Of a stretch of DNA of 64,000 nt, positions 36,601 to 49,543 are shown piece after piece. Below the pieces are notes generated by a model. It was not told the DNA's origin and searched no databases. It saw only the letters and a program-made list of their open reading frames with translations. Source of the stretch: Leptogorgia sarmentosa (lineage: Eukaryota); the NCBI GenBank assembly GCA_964658305.1, contig OZ210885.1, forward strand, positions 17,980,001 through 18,044,000, written 5' to 3'. Positions within the stretch are counted from its first letter, which is position 1, and each line of letters starts with the position of its first letter. The position numbers and the translations under genes are program-made.

Positions 36601-38959
36601 CCGCGAAGCCCTCAAACCTGGCACACCATTCTGTTGGAACGACGACCTAGACGACCTATTTAATGAGTTAAAATCCATCATTGTCAACGAAATTGAGGAA
36701 GGCGCTGAATCTTGTTACGCCCCAGTTGAGGGCGAGGCCCTTGCTGTCGTCAACGCCCTCGACAAAGCCCGATTCTTCACCCTCGGCTGCGACGACCTGA
36801 TCATCGCCGTGGATCACAAGCCCCTCTTGAAGTTGTTTGGCGACCGCTCCCTCGACGCCATTTCTAACACCCGACTCTGCAACCTCAAAGAGAAGACCTT
36901 ATGCTACAAGTTCAGAATGGTCCACATACCCGGCGTGAAGCACAGGGCTGCTGATGCCGTTTCCCGCAAACCAACCGGCCCCCACAACCCAGCCAGGTTC
37001 CCACTATCCGACGACGTCGCGAGTACAAGCGGGCGTACTGTCCACCCCGATATGGACCCGTACAGGCCGTCATTCCTCACTGGCATATGTTGCGCAGATC
37101 CCACCTCAGCCTGCAGTTAATCCGGCCTCAACGACGAACTCGCCTCATGCGCCACCACTGCACTCCATGCGCCACCACTGCACTCCATACCGTGGCCACC
37201 ACATGGGAGAAGGTCAAACTCTACACCACAAGCGACCTGACTATGCACAAGCTGGCCTCCATCATTGAGTCAGGTTTTCCCGAATTCCGTCATGACTTAC
37301 CCACAGACTTACACGAATATTTCCAATTCCGTGACCACTTGTACACTGTTGACGGAGTAATCCTCTATAAAGACCGCGTCGTCATCCCGCCTCAACTTCG
37401 CAACGACGTCCTCGCCACATTACACTCCGCCCACCAAGGCGTCACGTCTATGATCGCCCGAGCCGAAACATCGGTCTTCTGGCCAGGTATCACCCCTGCC
37501 ATTAAGGCCACAAGACTCCACTGCAACCACTGCAACCGCATGGCTCCATCGCAACCCAGTGCCCCACCAACCCCACCATCTCCACCAGAACACTCCTTCC
37601 AGTACATCTGCGCGGACTTCTTTCACTACAAGGGCGTCCACTATCTGGTTGTCCTCGATAGATACTCTAACTGGCCTATCGTCGAACGCGCACAGGAAGG
37701 ATCAACCTTTGGCATTCCTGACGAATGCGCCTCCAACGGAGGCCCCGAATTTACCGCTTCATCCACACGCCAATTCTTACATGAGTGGGGAGTGCATCGC
37801 CGACTCTCATCAGTGGCATACCCGCATTCGAACTGCCGCGCGGAGGTTGGCGTCAAGACCGTGAAGCGCCTGATCACGAACAACACCAGCTCCAACGGCG
37901 ACCTCAATACCGACACCTTCCAACGAGCTATCCTTCAGTACCGTAACATGCCCGACCCCCATACCCGGTTATCTCCAGCTCAATGCATCTTTGGCCGCCC
38001 CATCCGGGACTTTATCCCTATCCCCCCTGGCCGCTACAAACCTCACCCCACCTGGCGTGAAACCCTCGCTGCACGGGAAGAAGCCCTCCGCAACCGCCAC
38101 ATGAGAGCTGCAGAAAGATGGACGGAACACACAAAGCGACTTCCACCCCTCACCGTTGGGGATAACATACGAATCCAAAATCAAATTGGCCCCCATCCGA
38201 CCAAATGGGACAAGACGGGCCTCATCATTGAAGTGCGCCAATTTGACCAGTATGTCGTACGGGTAGATGGTTCAGGCAGAGTCACACTACGCAACCGCAA
38301 ATTCCTGAGAAAGTACCTCCCCGTACAAAAACCCCAACCACGCCGAGCAATCACTGAGGACATCAGCCACTTTCCCAAGCCACTGTCGCACCCCACCACC
38401 ACAAAACCAACTCCACCCATCAAACCAACCACTCCCATCATACAACCATCATTCCCCTCCCCGACCACTATTGACCCACCTGCACAACTAACCAGCCATG
38501 ACAAACCACCTCCTCCTACCACTTCAAACCCCTCCTCCACAACCGCACCTGAAACTCCTGCACCCACGCCAGAACCACCGATCCCACCTGCACCGAAAAA
38601 ACCACCGCTCGCACTCAGGCGACTCCAAGACTTTAACAAAAAAGGCAAACTTGAATAATCCACCCAGTGTGAACGGATACTAGGACGCTATTCATATTCT
38701 AATAGTTTCATTTCTTTCAGTCTTTATTAACTCACATATCGATACAGACATTCACATAAAGACTTGGGGGGAGATAGTGCGTAACGAACATTCCAGTTAG
38801 GCCAATAGGCCAGTGGCATTGTAAGGCCTGGCCACAAAGTTGTTTACGTTCCATTTTGTATTTTGTCTCTCATCATTCCTTGATGATGAGAGCTCTTGGA
38901 ATATTATATTTATTGTATACATGTTGAGCTGTCACATGAAATGGACGAACTCCTATCTA
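33675..38959 (+). mobile_element. Gypsy element B, near full length, degenerate, with TAG..CTA termini
   Basis: 5-bp TSD AGTAC at 33670-33674 and 38960-38964. 5' LTR stub 33675-33705. PPT GGGGGGAGA, then 3' LTR 38775-38959. Gag Zn knuckles, protease DTG, RT VIDD, RNase H and integrase are all recognisable. Confidence 0.92.
34924..35359 (+). repeat. 218-bp tandem duplication over the Gypsy B protease
   Basis: 34924-35141 is repeated at 35142-35359. MADTGCQSCLAS occurs twice, in different frames. Confidence 0.95.
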
Positions 38960-39775
38960 AGTACTACCAACGTGCCCCCTGCAGAGCTGCTCTTCAATTG
39001 AACTGTTCGAGGAAAACTACCGGTCCTAAAGAAACATGTAGTCAGGCGGCATAGTGAAGCGAGCAAAATGGACGAAAAACGGCAGTCCTATAACAAGCAG
39101 TATGCAGACAACAAACGTCATGCCAAGAAAAGTTCAATTGAAGTCGGCGATTGCATTCTCATCAGACAAGAGAAACGGAACAAGCTGACCTCAAACTTTA
39201 ACAGCGAACCTTACACGGTAACATCCATAAAGGAGAAATTACAGCAAAGAATAAACATGGTCATACAGTTCGACGAAACGTCTCGCACTGCAAACAGATT
39301 CAGCGTCCGATGACGTCAGATGGTGGTAATATCTCAGATGATTCAGAAGATTACACTCTACCATCTCAAAAGACCAACGCGGACCGTGCAGAAAACCGGA
39401 ACAGCGAAGTTGATGCTGACCTGGTCATCCCACCAATGAGTCCTCGAAGATCGGAACAATGTCGAAGAAGGCCAGATAGATATGGACACAACATTTGGTC
39501 ATAATACATATATGGTTAATTTTAAGCGACACACTTTCAGATACGCTAATATTAAAACAGTTTAAGATAGTTACGTTTTGTTTGAAAAAGGGGAGTAATG
39601 TAGTGATGTAGTATAGTGATGCAATACCTTTATTACGGTATGTAGTGTAAGTTGATATGCACCAAATAAGGAGTGACACATGGTAACAGGGAGTTCACAG
39701 TAGCAAGAGGATAGCGAAGGTTCTTATATGATTATGCGTGCTATTGAGTTATAAATAAAGTTTATGAACATTACA

Positions 39776-41681
39776 TTGGGGTGCTCTGCAGATTCAGAAC
39801 CGAACCAACAGCGTTCAGGTGTGACGTGGAGGCGATGTTCCACCAAATTAAAGTGTTAGAGGCTGATCGGAACTTCCTACGATTCCTTTTGTGGGAAGAC
39901 GGCGACACTACGAAACAACCGGTCGAGTACAGAATGACTGTACACCTGTTCGGTGCAGGTTCATCACCAGGGTGCGCGAACTATGGCTTGAAAAGAATCG
40001 CCGACGACTATGAGGAAGAATGTGGATCTGAGGCAGCCAACTTCGTGAGAAACAATTTTTATGTCGACGACGGACTGAAATCTGTTCAAACCACTGAGCA
40101 AGCTTCCACTCTAATACAGAAGACCAAAGATCTGTGCGCAAAGGGAGGTCTGCGGCTCCACAAGTTTATTTCCAGTTCGAAGGAAGTTGTTGCTGCAATT
40201 CCCCAGAAGGACCGTGCTTCCATATTCCGAAACCTAGACTTAAGCAACGACCGCTTACCAACCGAAAGAGCGCTCGGAGTCTACTGGTGCATCGATTCGG
40301 ACACTTTCGAGATGCGCATCACCCTTCAAGACAACCCTTTGACCAGGAGAGGAATCCTATCTACCATCAGCTCAATAGACGACCTTTGAGATTCGTGGCC
40401 CCAGTTCTGTTGGTGGGTAAACAGTTACTTCAAGAATTGTGTCGCGACAGAGTCAACTGGGACGACCCAGTTCCCGATCACATCAGGACAAGATGGGAGA
40501 AATGGAGAGGTGAACTTCTCCTACTCAACGACTTTAAGGTGCAAAGATGCTACAAACCAATCGAATTCGGCGAACTGAAATCCATCGAGATTCATCACTT
40601 TTCCGACGCTAGTACGTCTGGATACGGACAGTGTTCGTACATACGCCTGCTTAATGTTCGAGATGAAGTTCACTGCGAATTTGTTATGGCAAAGTCTCGT
40701 GTGTCACCCCTCAAAAGCTGCACTAATATCGGTTAAGGTCAGCACCATGCTACATAAAGAGTTAGACTATGACAAGATCCTTGACGTGTACTGGGCGGAC
40801 AGTAAGGTCGTACTGGGATACATTAACAATGAAGCCTGAAGGTTCCACATCTTCGTCGCCAACCAAGTCCAACAGATTCGTGACGAGACAACCCTGGAAC
40901 AATGGAACTATGTTAAGAGTAAAGAGAACCCCAACCAGAGCAAGGCGACGCGGACGAATACCCCCTCTCACGCGACGACCCAGAAGTCAAAGCAATAACC
41001 CTTGTCACTAATGCATCGTCGGCAAAACCACTCACGAGCGTTTGGAGTACCTCTCAGAATGGCATCGTGCCAAAGGAGCCATCACGGTAATCATACAAAA
41101 ACAACGTTGAGTGAAGGCTGTTCACCAAGAGGACAAGGACACTTCGAAGATGATCGGCCAACCGTACCGTCAATGAGTTAGCTATCATTAGGGCCGTGCA
41201 AGAAGAAGCGTTTCCAAAGGAGATACAAGCGCTATGTAAATGCGACGAGAGTGATAATCGGAGAGATCACAACCGAAAACGCAAGGCAACTATGAAAAAC
41301 ACAAGTCCCTTATTCCGTCTGGATCCATTCCCGGACGACGAGGGCATTCTGAGAGTAGGTGGCCGACTAGCAAGAGCGAGCGTGTCATTCGATCGCAAGC
41401 ACCCAGCCCTTCTCCCTCGAAAGGGTCACGTGACAACGTTGATTTTCAGGCACCATCACCAAAGGATTCAGCATCAGGGTCGTGGGATGACCTTGAACGA
41501 GCTTTGTTCTAACGGATACTGGATCACCGGTGGACGTTCGTCCGTCGCTCCATCATAACAGATTGCGTTACCTGCAGAAAGTTACGCGCCTCAGCTCAAG
41601 AGCAAAAGATGTCCGACCTACCCCAAGATCGTCTGGAACCATCACCTCCCTTCACCTTTTGCGGTGTTGACTACTTTGGCC
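39776..41681 (+). mobile_element. BEL/Pao pol fragment #2 (RT, RNase H, start of integrase)
   Basis: DVEAMFHQI, HLFGAGSSP, NFYVDDGL, HHFSDAS, LRVGGRL, PFTFCGVDYFG. Several stops and frameshifts. Confidence 0.9.
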
Positions 41682-42231
41682 GGGCGCTACAGTAAAACGA
41701 GTCTCTACGATCGTGCGTTCGTAGGTAAGGAATAAAACGTCAATTTGTGTACTTCACCACCTATTGTGGAAACATTGATGCGATATTCGTCAACGTATAA
41801 ATCGTTCATGTATAATTTGTATGAAAAACGTGTTGCGTTAGCGCCATTTTGGAAAGCTTGGTAAGTCGATCAGACGTTAATCGGTTCATCTTCGTGAGTG
41901 TTATGCAATTTGAAAAAAGTCAGTAAATTGTCGCGAAATATTGAACGATAGCCCAAGATGGACGAAAATTCTAAGCGCGCTGCGATAAAGCAATCACAAG
42001 AAGAATTTCACACAGCATCCAAGAACTGGAGAAAGCAAATCAACAACCTGCATTATCAATTGGTAAACGAAAGAAACGTAGAGTCACTGTGTTGATTTGG
42101 TTAAGAAATAAATCTTCATAATTATATGTGTGCGTCTGTTGCGACAGCCTGGGCTCGTCAGTAAGCGAACCTCATCTCGGCGAAATATTAATAAACACAC
42201 CTACGTGCAAAACACGCAAGCCAGGAGCTAC

Positions 42232-42820
42232 ACTGATCACGGTTTCTCCTCGATGCCATGTGACCAAACAATGGAACAAACGTTTAATCGAGACTCGAAG
42301 ACAAAAGGAGGTATTACAGAAATTATACACTTACTATTGTATCAATAACAATATTATTATGACTTAAAATATTTGGATATCGTATGCGAATAACTTCAAC
42401 GACAATATACCCTTAATTAATTTCTTTACTATAGGTATTGTTGGCTTCACACTCAATCGGTTGGCAGGTCAACGGTGGATCTTGGCTCAATCAGAGAGAT
42501 GGTCTATTAGTCGACAATGTTATGCTCTTGCTGGTCTTGAAGGTGAAAGAAGGTACATGTCTGAATTTGTCTCACTGTTACAAGTGCATGTTTGTAGTTC
42601 ACTGTTGTCAGAATAAAGAATAATAAGAATGACTTGACGGGCAGTGCACACTGCACAATACAGCTGTGATTGGCTTTGTTATTGCTTCATTTTTCACAGA
42701 TACCTTGTAAATAACAGTATACACTATACTAATCTCAGCACATTACTGTAGATCAAGAAAGGATCTGGATTCAAGTCAAATAAAATTCCACAATGCTGAG
42801 GTTGCAGGTGTTATTGAGAC
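42232..42820 (+). pseudogene. Academ-type transposase fragment with one intron
   Basis: FSSMPCDQTMEQTFNRDSKTKGG|IVGFTLNRLAGQRWILAQSER, read across a GT-AG intron at 42311-42434. Confidence 0.65.
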
Positions 42821-42964
42821 AGAGACGTTACGCTGCCACAACGGCAACGTAATTATGCATAAAACTCCCGTCGGCGTTGTGGTTGTCGTCGTGTTGTCAC
42901 TCGTGATTACGATTTTTGAATAAAAGCGGGAAAATGAAAATGAAAAAATTTTAAATGAAAAAAA

Positions 42965-43990
42965 ATGCAGAATCTTCGAGAAATTCCGATATTTGCTCAT
43001 ACTTTGGGTGCCATAGATGACGAAGAATTTGCTCTGTTATACGATGCAACAAAGCCAAAGAGCCCTAGAGTACCATTTTGGCGATATCAAAGATTTGATA
43101 TAGATAAAATGACAGGTGATGAATGTTTGGCAGAGTTTCGATTTTTCCGAAATGATATTTACAACCTTGCTGACATTTTGGAACTACCTGTTGAAATGAA
43201 GTGTTATAACAGTGTGAAAGTCGATAACATTGAAGGGCTGTGTATTTTCCTGAGGAGGTTTGCATATCCTTGCAGATATGTAGATATGATCCACAGATTT
43301 GCCAGACCTGAACCTCAGTTGTGCATGATCTCGAATCAAGTTATGAATTTAATTCATGAACGATGGGAGCATTTACTCACTGATCTTCACCAGGGCTGGT
43401 TGCAACCAGAAAACTTAGAACACTTTGCCGCAGTAACAAATCAGAAGGGTGCAGCTCTAGAAAACTGCTGGGGTTTTATTGACGGGACTGTCCGTCCTGT
43501 TTCACAGCCCAGTCGACATCAACGTATTCTATATAATGGGCACAAAAGGGTCCATGCTATAAAGTTTCAATCCATTGCAACCCCTTCAGGCATGATAGCT
43601 AACCTGTATGGTCCTATGGAAGGCAAGTGGCATGATAGTGCCATGCTTGCCCAATCTGGTATTATTCTCAACAAGTTACAGCAGTGTTCATTCGACACCC
43701 AAGGAGATATTTTGTGCATATATGGAGATCCTGCATACCCTCTTAGACCACAATTACAGTGCCCTTTCAGAGGGGCTGTGATTACAGAACAACAACAACA
43801 GTGGAATAAATCAACGAGTCAAGTGAGAATTGCTGTTGAATGGCTGTTTGGCGACATAGTAAATTACTTAAAATTTTTGGACTTTAAAAAAAATTTGAAA
43901 TGTTGATGTATAATGTGTGTGCTCTTTTGCAAAATGCACAGTCATGTCTATATGGCACTTCAACAGCAAAGTATTTTGGCATTGACCCAC
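42965..43990 (+). pseudogene. Harbinger-type (DDE_Tnp_4) transposase #3
   Basis: CLAEFRF, LRRFAYPCRY, WGFIDGT, YNGHKRVH, YGDPAYP, RIAVEWLFG. C-terminus disrupted. Putative left end AGAGACGTTACGC at 42821. Confidence 0.85.
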
Positions 43991-45009
43991 CCACAATTCA
44001 AAAGTATTTTGTATAAAGGATATAAAGCAAACCAAATGTTCAATGTTCATAGAAATTTGTTTGAAAAATTTAAAACACAACATTACCAATATAGTTACAA
44101 CAAATATAGTTACAATAAGCATTATTGTTTTACATATGAACAGTTGAAGTTAAAATTACTTTAGTTAACTTTAACAAATGTGAACTAACATTTAAATACC
44201 TTTTTAAATAAGTCTACTCTTATTGGGTTTCAATGCAACATAGAAGTAAATGTTGCCTGGTAGTACAGACATGGCAACATTCATTTTTGAATTTTGAGAT
44301 GTTAACTTATTCAATAGGACCATCATACATGAACTTCGCTCCTGCTGCTGCCTCATCAATTGCATAAACTGCTGTTGTTGACCCCTTTGTAATTCAACAA
44401 GTTGATTCATGATGGAATTATTTTGATTTTGGGTAGCTTCCACTGATTCTTTTCTAAGTTTCATATCATTCTCTTAATTCATGATCTTTGACTGCTTGTT
44501 CTGCATTATTTCCAGTTCCTTCTTTTTTATTTCAGCTTCTCACTCACTTTTCTCACTCAAATACAAAACCATGTCTGAACCACTACTTCTCTTTCTTTTA
44601 GAACATGTGGCCTCAGAATTTTCTGACCCAGACCTCTTGCGAGTTTCACCAAAAGATTCAAGGGACTGCTGCAGGGCATCTTTTAAGGATTCTTCAGTGG
44701 TGGGGCAAAACTACCAAAGGGCCCAGGCCATTTTTTTTCCCTTTCCCTGGATAGTACGCGAACACCGAAGGTGGGTTTAAGCACATGCCCTCAGGAATTT
44801 TTTAAAATTTTGGTCTCTGAAATAGCATTTCCTGCATTCTGAGAACACTTTTTAAAGAAATCTCAGGTTCTCAAAGGAAATTTTTAAAAGTGAAATTTGT
44901 GATAATTTGAAATTAAGATTCAAACACAACAAGTTTAAGTATGCTCACCAACCAATGTTGTATTTAAAAAGTATCATACTAGTTATATTTAAGATATACT
45001 GTATGCTTC

Positions 45010-48000
45010 TGTGAATCACAGACATCCGGATTCTTGCTTGAAGAAATGTTTCACAAATTCCCTTTGTTTGTACAGTTTTTCACACGGCTCTCGGTTTCTT
45101 CTTTCTTTCGAAGTTAAGAACTCTGATACCACTGGTCTTGGGTCAAAAAAGGATGCACCCTTTCCATTCAGAGAAATATGCAATATACCATTTATTGTCT
45201 ATGGATTAAGCGAAGACCTGCCCGATGTCTTCACATTGTTATGAGAAACAACTCGTTCAGTTGCCATGCTGTGAGGGACAAGGGTAAGAAAAGATGCTAG
45301 GAATTTCTTAAGTAAACCAGTACTTGCCTGTATCATCTTCCTAAGGCGAAGAGCATACATAGTTCCAGTGTCTTCCACCTCAACATGCTCAATTTTGGCC
45401 AGGTTGTTCCATGACTTGCAAACATCACTGACAAAAGCTGACAGGCAGCTTGGTCCAAGAATCGAAGAAACAAGATTTCTACTGGCCAAAATTAAGTCCT
45501 TAGATGAAGATGCTTCTAGAATACTCATCAAACTCTCAACTGTGCCATCATTTTCTGTGTTCATACGTTGCTCAAGAAAATTGATGGCGGACTCCACAAT
45601 TTCATTCCTTATAGCATTGCTATTCCTGTTTTGGCTTGTCACAAACTGATGTGCTGTACTGGTTCGTCTCACAGGTCTACCTTGCTCATTATCGTGCAAC
45701 TCCAAATTCTGCTCCTCTTTCCTACCTGGAACTGGTATGTCATTCATAATCTTCAAGTTCTGCATAGCAGAATCTGTTCACGCAGCTCGTTCTGAGCGAT
45801 GGGATTTTTGTGTCACGTGACGTGAGCACGTTGTTGTTGTTTTTGTAGTAAAAATTGGGGTTTACTGTTTTATGAAGGCGGATTAATTCAAACCAAAGGA
45901 TAAACTGTATCGCTAACCTGATAATTGTACGGCTAGCCTGAGAACTGAACTGCTAACCTGAGAACATTGGCTAGAACTCGCCACAGAAGTGAGGAGCTTA
46001 TAAATTTAATTAATGTATTTGTATTTGTATGCGTAATGTAATTTGTATGCGAAATACATTTTTTCCTTTTGTTAGATCAAATAAAACTTTAAACTATACG
46101 GTTTGTGGAAAGTTGTTTTAGCTGGTTCCTGCAGCCTGAGACAACAGAATCTTTTGCTGTTAACACATCTGGAAGAATCAAGTTTGATTTCTGAAACAAC
46201 TTCTGTAATGTCTTAAAGATTGTGCAGAGATCAAACATGACAGCTGTGAGCCATACCTAAAGAGTACAAAGAAAAAACAAAGCACTTTAACAAGCAAGTC
46301 TTTGTAATCGTACTCTAAAGGCACTCAAAAGTTTATTTTCTAATTGAAATTAATTATGCATGTAACAACCATTGCTGTATCCCACAAGCATTCTGAAATC
46401 TGAAAGTATTTTTATGCCTAGTCACTCCTTCACAAATTGCTGCCCAGTTGAGTGTGCTGACACTCTGACCGTACTGAGTACTCTACCTGTCTTGATCCCT
46501 TATACCACTTTTCAATGAAGCCTTTAGCCATTTGCTTTTCCTTACTATTGCTCTCTATTGTGCCATCTACCATATCCTGCCAAACTCTTCTTGCAGCATC
46601 CAAGTTATGCAGTACAGCATTCAGTAGATTTCTTGTGTGCTCAGCAAATCTGACATCAAAATGTTTGGGAAAGGAAAGGCACTTTTCTTCAACCTATTCA
46701 GAAAATTGAATGGAACAAAGAGCAGATTTAAATACTATGATAGAAAACAGTATCAATAATCAATGTACAAAATCAACCATGCAGTAAAACGAAGATTTGG
46801 AAAATAGTGTATATTAATTAAATGCACCAAAAAATAACATAAAGCAAACCTTATGAAGTAGTTTTGTCCTGCGAGGAGATGTTCGAAAGAATGTTGCAAC
46901 AGCAAGAACATTGGACATCCATATCGTGAGCTCAGGAACCTCAGCCTGAACCGATTCAAGTGCCAAATCAGATCGATGGCAGACACACCATATTGTCAGA
47001 ATATCTCTTCCGATATAGTCTTGCAGAAGCTTCCATAAACCAGCATTTTTTCCAGTATTTGCATTTTCTCCATCAGTGGTAACACCAACCAATTTATCAG
47101 TGTTTATGCCTATGTTTTCAATACATGTTGTGAAAGAATCTAACAGCCCCTCAGCTCCTCCTAAATCACTACTTGCAATACCAAGAAACACTGTTTTAAC
47201 ACTGACTTCATCACATGGCACATACCGAGCAGTTATAAACTTGGAATCAACTTGCTGCTTGTCAGCACTTCCATCAATTTGCACCGAGTAACACAAGCAA
47301 TCTTTTAACAATTGTGCAACTTTTTTCATTTCTTGTTTTGCAATGATGTTTCTTATTTCAGCATAAAGCATTGGATCTCTATAGTGATAACAGGATGCTG
47401 GTGGATCAAAAGGTACAAAGTCAGCATCCCATCCCTGTGACTCAAAGTGGTGCAACACATGATTACTGTGCTCTACTGCAAGGGATCTTGAGGGCCAGCT
47501 TCGAGCACTTAAGGTTTCAAGCTGCGAGTCATTGTAGGCATCGATTGCAATACGAACCAGGCCCTGTAATTTCTCGTCATTCCACTTTTTAAAAACTCTT
47601 ACCCAAGGATGCTTATCGGACTTATCACACCAAGTTTTGTCGCAATCATTCAATCGTTCGGCTTCCTCATGTGCTGGAGAAAGTAAGTGATCAACAACAT
47701 GTTTAAGTCTGTCCTTTCCATCAACACGTACACCGTTTGCTATTGGTAACTGACAATTTGAGGTCATCTTTCGTACCTGAAATTCGTACTTGTTACATAA
47801 TAAGCATGTAACAGTTCGTCTCTTTCTTTTATCTTTTATTTCTTTCTTCAACACTAGGCACTTCGCAGCATCTAACAACCAATCGACATCTAGCTTCATC
47901 CCCCTATACCAGTTGTTGGAATTTTTAGAATCAGACTTTGACGTTGATACAGTTGCAATATTTCCACAAGTGTTCGTAGTTTCCTTTGCTTCAGTATCGC

Positions 48001-48265
48001 TTTCAACAACGACCATAACAGGTACGGGATCAGGAAGTTCAACATGTTGTGATTTCTCACCTGAAAAATCAATTATTTCATTTGATCTTTCCTCAGCTGT
48101 ACCGATGCATTCCCTTTCGGTATTAGTTGTAGTACTGCTATTTGTTGTTGTTGATCTGAACATTTCAAACAAAGATCGTTGCCCTGGAGCATTTGCTGAC
48201 TGTTGTAGCGCCTTTCTCTTGCTTTCGGTTCGCTTTTGATGACCGGATTTCATTGATCTCTTCAT
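45010..48265 (-). pseudogene. hAT transposase (ZNF862/KIAA1586-like), spliced, disrupted by a solo LTR
   Basis: SVQIDGSAD, VTTDGENAN, WCVCHRSDLA, FDVRF, PHSMATERVVS. Confidence 0.85.
45775..46146 (+). mobile_element. Solo LTR, 372 bp
   Basis: TGTT...AACA ends with 5-bp TSD GAATC (45770-45774 and 46147-46151). Internal TATAAA and AATAAA. Removal restores TAKDS|AMQNL. Confidence 0.88.
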
Positions 48266-48335
48266 TATAAATTTAAATTTTAGCTATTATAAATACAAAT
48301 TTTGACTACGAAGCTTCGACATGCATGCCCACAAG

Positions 48336-48693
48336 CAGTGCTCTCATTTCCGATTGCGTGGAATTCCTTAGATTCTTGGTAAAAAATTTCTCAGATTTAG
48401 TAAAATTTCCTTAAATTTCATATTTTTGGGTTAACGAATATCACATTGTTAAGGAATATCTTTCTTCGAAAAAAATTTGCAATACTGAATGCTTAAGACT
48501 GCATTTCCAGCGTTTTTAAAAAGTATTTTTGAATAAATACTGCTAAATTGACTGAAATTTTAAATATAATTTCAATATTTTTAAAAATTAGATAATTAGA
48601 AATTCCTTAATTCTTCTATTTCGTCTCCTTAAAAAATGACAAAAGGTCAAATTTCCTCAATTTAAGGAAATTTCCTTAAAACTGAGAGCCCTG
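48336..48693. mobile_element. hAT-like MITE inside the hAT 5' region
   Basis: CAGTGCTCTCA / TGAGAGCCCTG inverted ends and internal TTTCCTTAA repeats. TSD not clean. Confidence 0.5.
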
Positions 48694-49543
48694 CATGCGC
48701 GAGGCGCGCCACAGGTTTACCCAAATTAATTCCTGACAGGTAACACAGGTTGTCATACAACATAAAGTTCTACCTGATTTTATGATTTCAGAAAAGGATA
48801 AAAAAATTTATATGGATTTTAAACTTGTCATCAATGTTATACTCATTTATTACACTCGATACATGTCCTACTAGGGCCCTTGCTTTGGGGCAATAAGCCC
48901 TTTTTTTCTTCAGTGGTGGGGCAGAGGAAGGGGCCCAGTGGGGCAAATACCCCACTAGTCCATGGTATTAAAAGATGCCTTGGACTGCTGTCTCGTTTCA
49001 ACTGCTTGATTTGCTTCCTCCTCAATTTTTTCCTTTTTATCTGTTGCAACTCTTTCATGCTCTATGTCAGCTTCATGAAACAATGACACAATATCATCCA
49101 TGGCAAGATCTAGTTCATTCTCCTCGCATGATATTCCACTTGCAAGAGTTTCTTCCTGGACTTTCTTCTTGTATTTCTTTTCAAACAAGGCAAATCGGTC
49201 ACGCACAGACCTCTGGTCTTGTCATTGCAAAGAATTCAATGAAGTAGCTATCCTCAACCATATTTCTCCTCTTTCAGGAGATGCTTTTCTGCCGGTCCAT
49301 GGCTGCATCAGCAAAATTTCTCGTACAAACAGCTGATCATGTAGTTCGGTCCATTTCATAGGTGGACTGAATAAATAGGAAAATTATATATAAGAATATT
49401 AAACTTAGTTTATGACTTAAACTATATTCACTACTATGGTGGCCCATTGACGCCATAGTATTTTTCACGATATTATCATGTTTTTCATCATTAAAATATA
49501 AAATATTGAAGTAATATTATATTTTATGTATAAATATTTTTAA

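Larger units (their letters stand above)
32020..39775 (+). mobile_element. Gypsy element A, 5'-truncated: RT end, RNase H, integrase, PPT, 177-bp 3' LTR; hosts Gypsy B
   Basis: VDASPVGL, YSQTEK, TDHKPL, AHESHLG, RSDNGP. The integrase resumes at 38965 (RTTPHST|TNVPPAELLF). PPT GAAAAAGGGGAG. LTR TG..CA at 39599-39775. Confidence 0.9.
44672..48982 (-). mobile_element. hAT DNA transposon, 4.3 kb
   Basis: TIRs CAGGGCATCTTTTAA / TTAAAAGATGCCTTG. 8-bp TSD GACTGCTG at 44664-44671 and 48983-48990. Confidence 0.93.
44204..49367 (-). pseudogene. Myb/SANT-like partner gene of element #3, split by the hAT
   Basis: MKWTELHDQLFVREIL...RGEIW, VRDRFALF, ASGISCEENELD. The frame is restored across the hAT (ETRQQS|LESFGETRKR). 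Confidence 0.8.
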
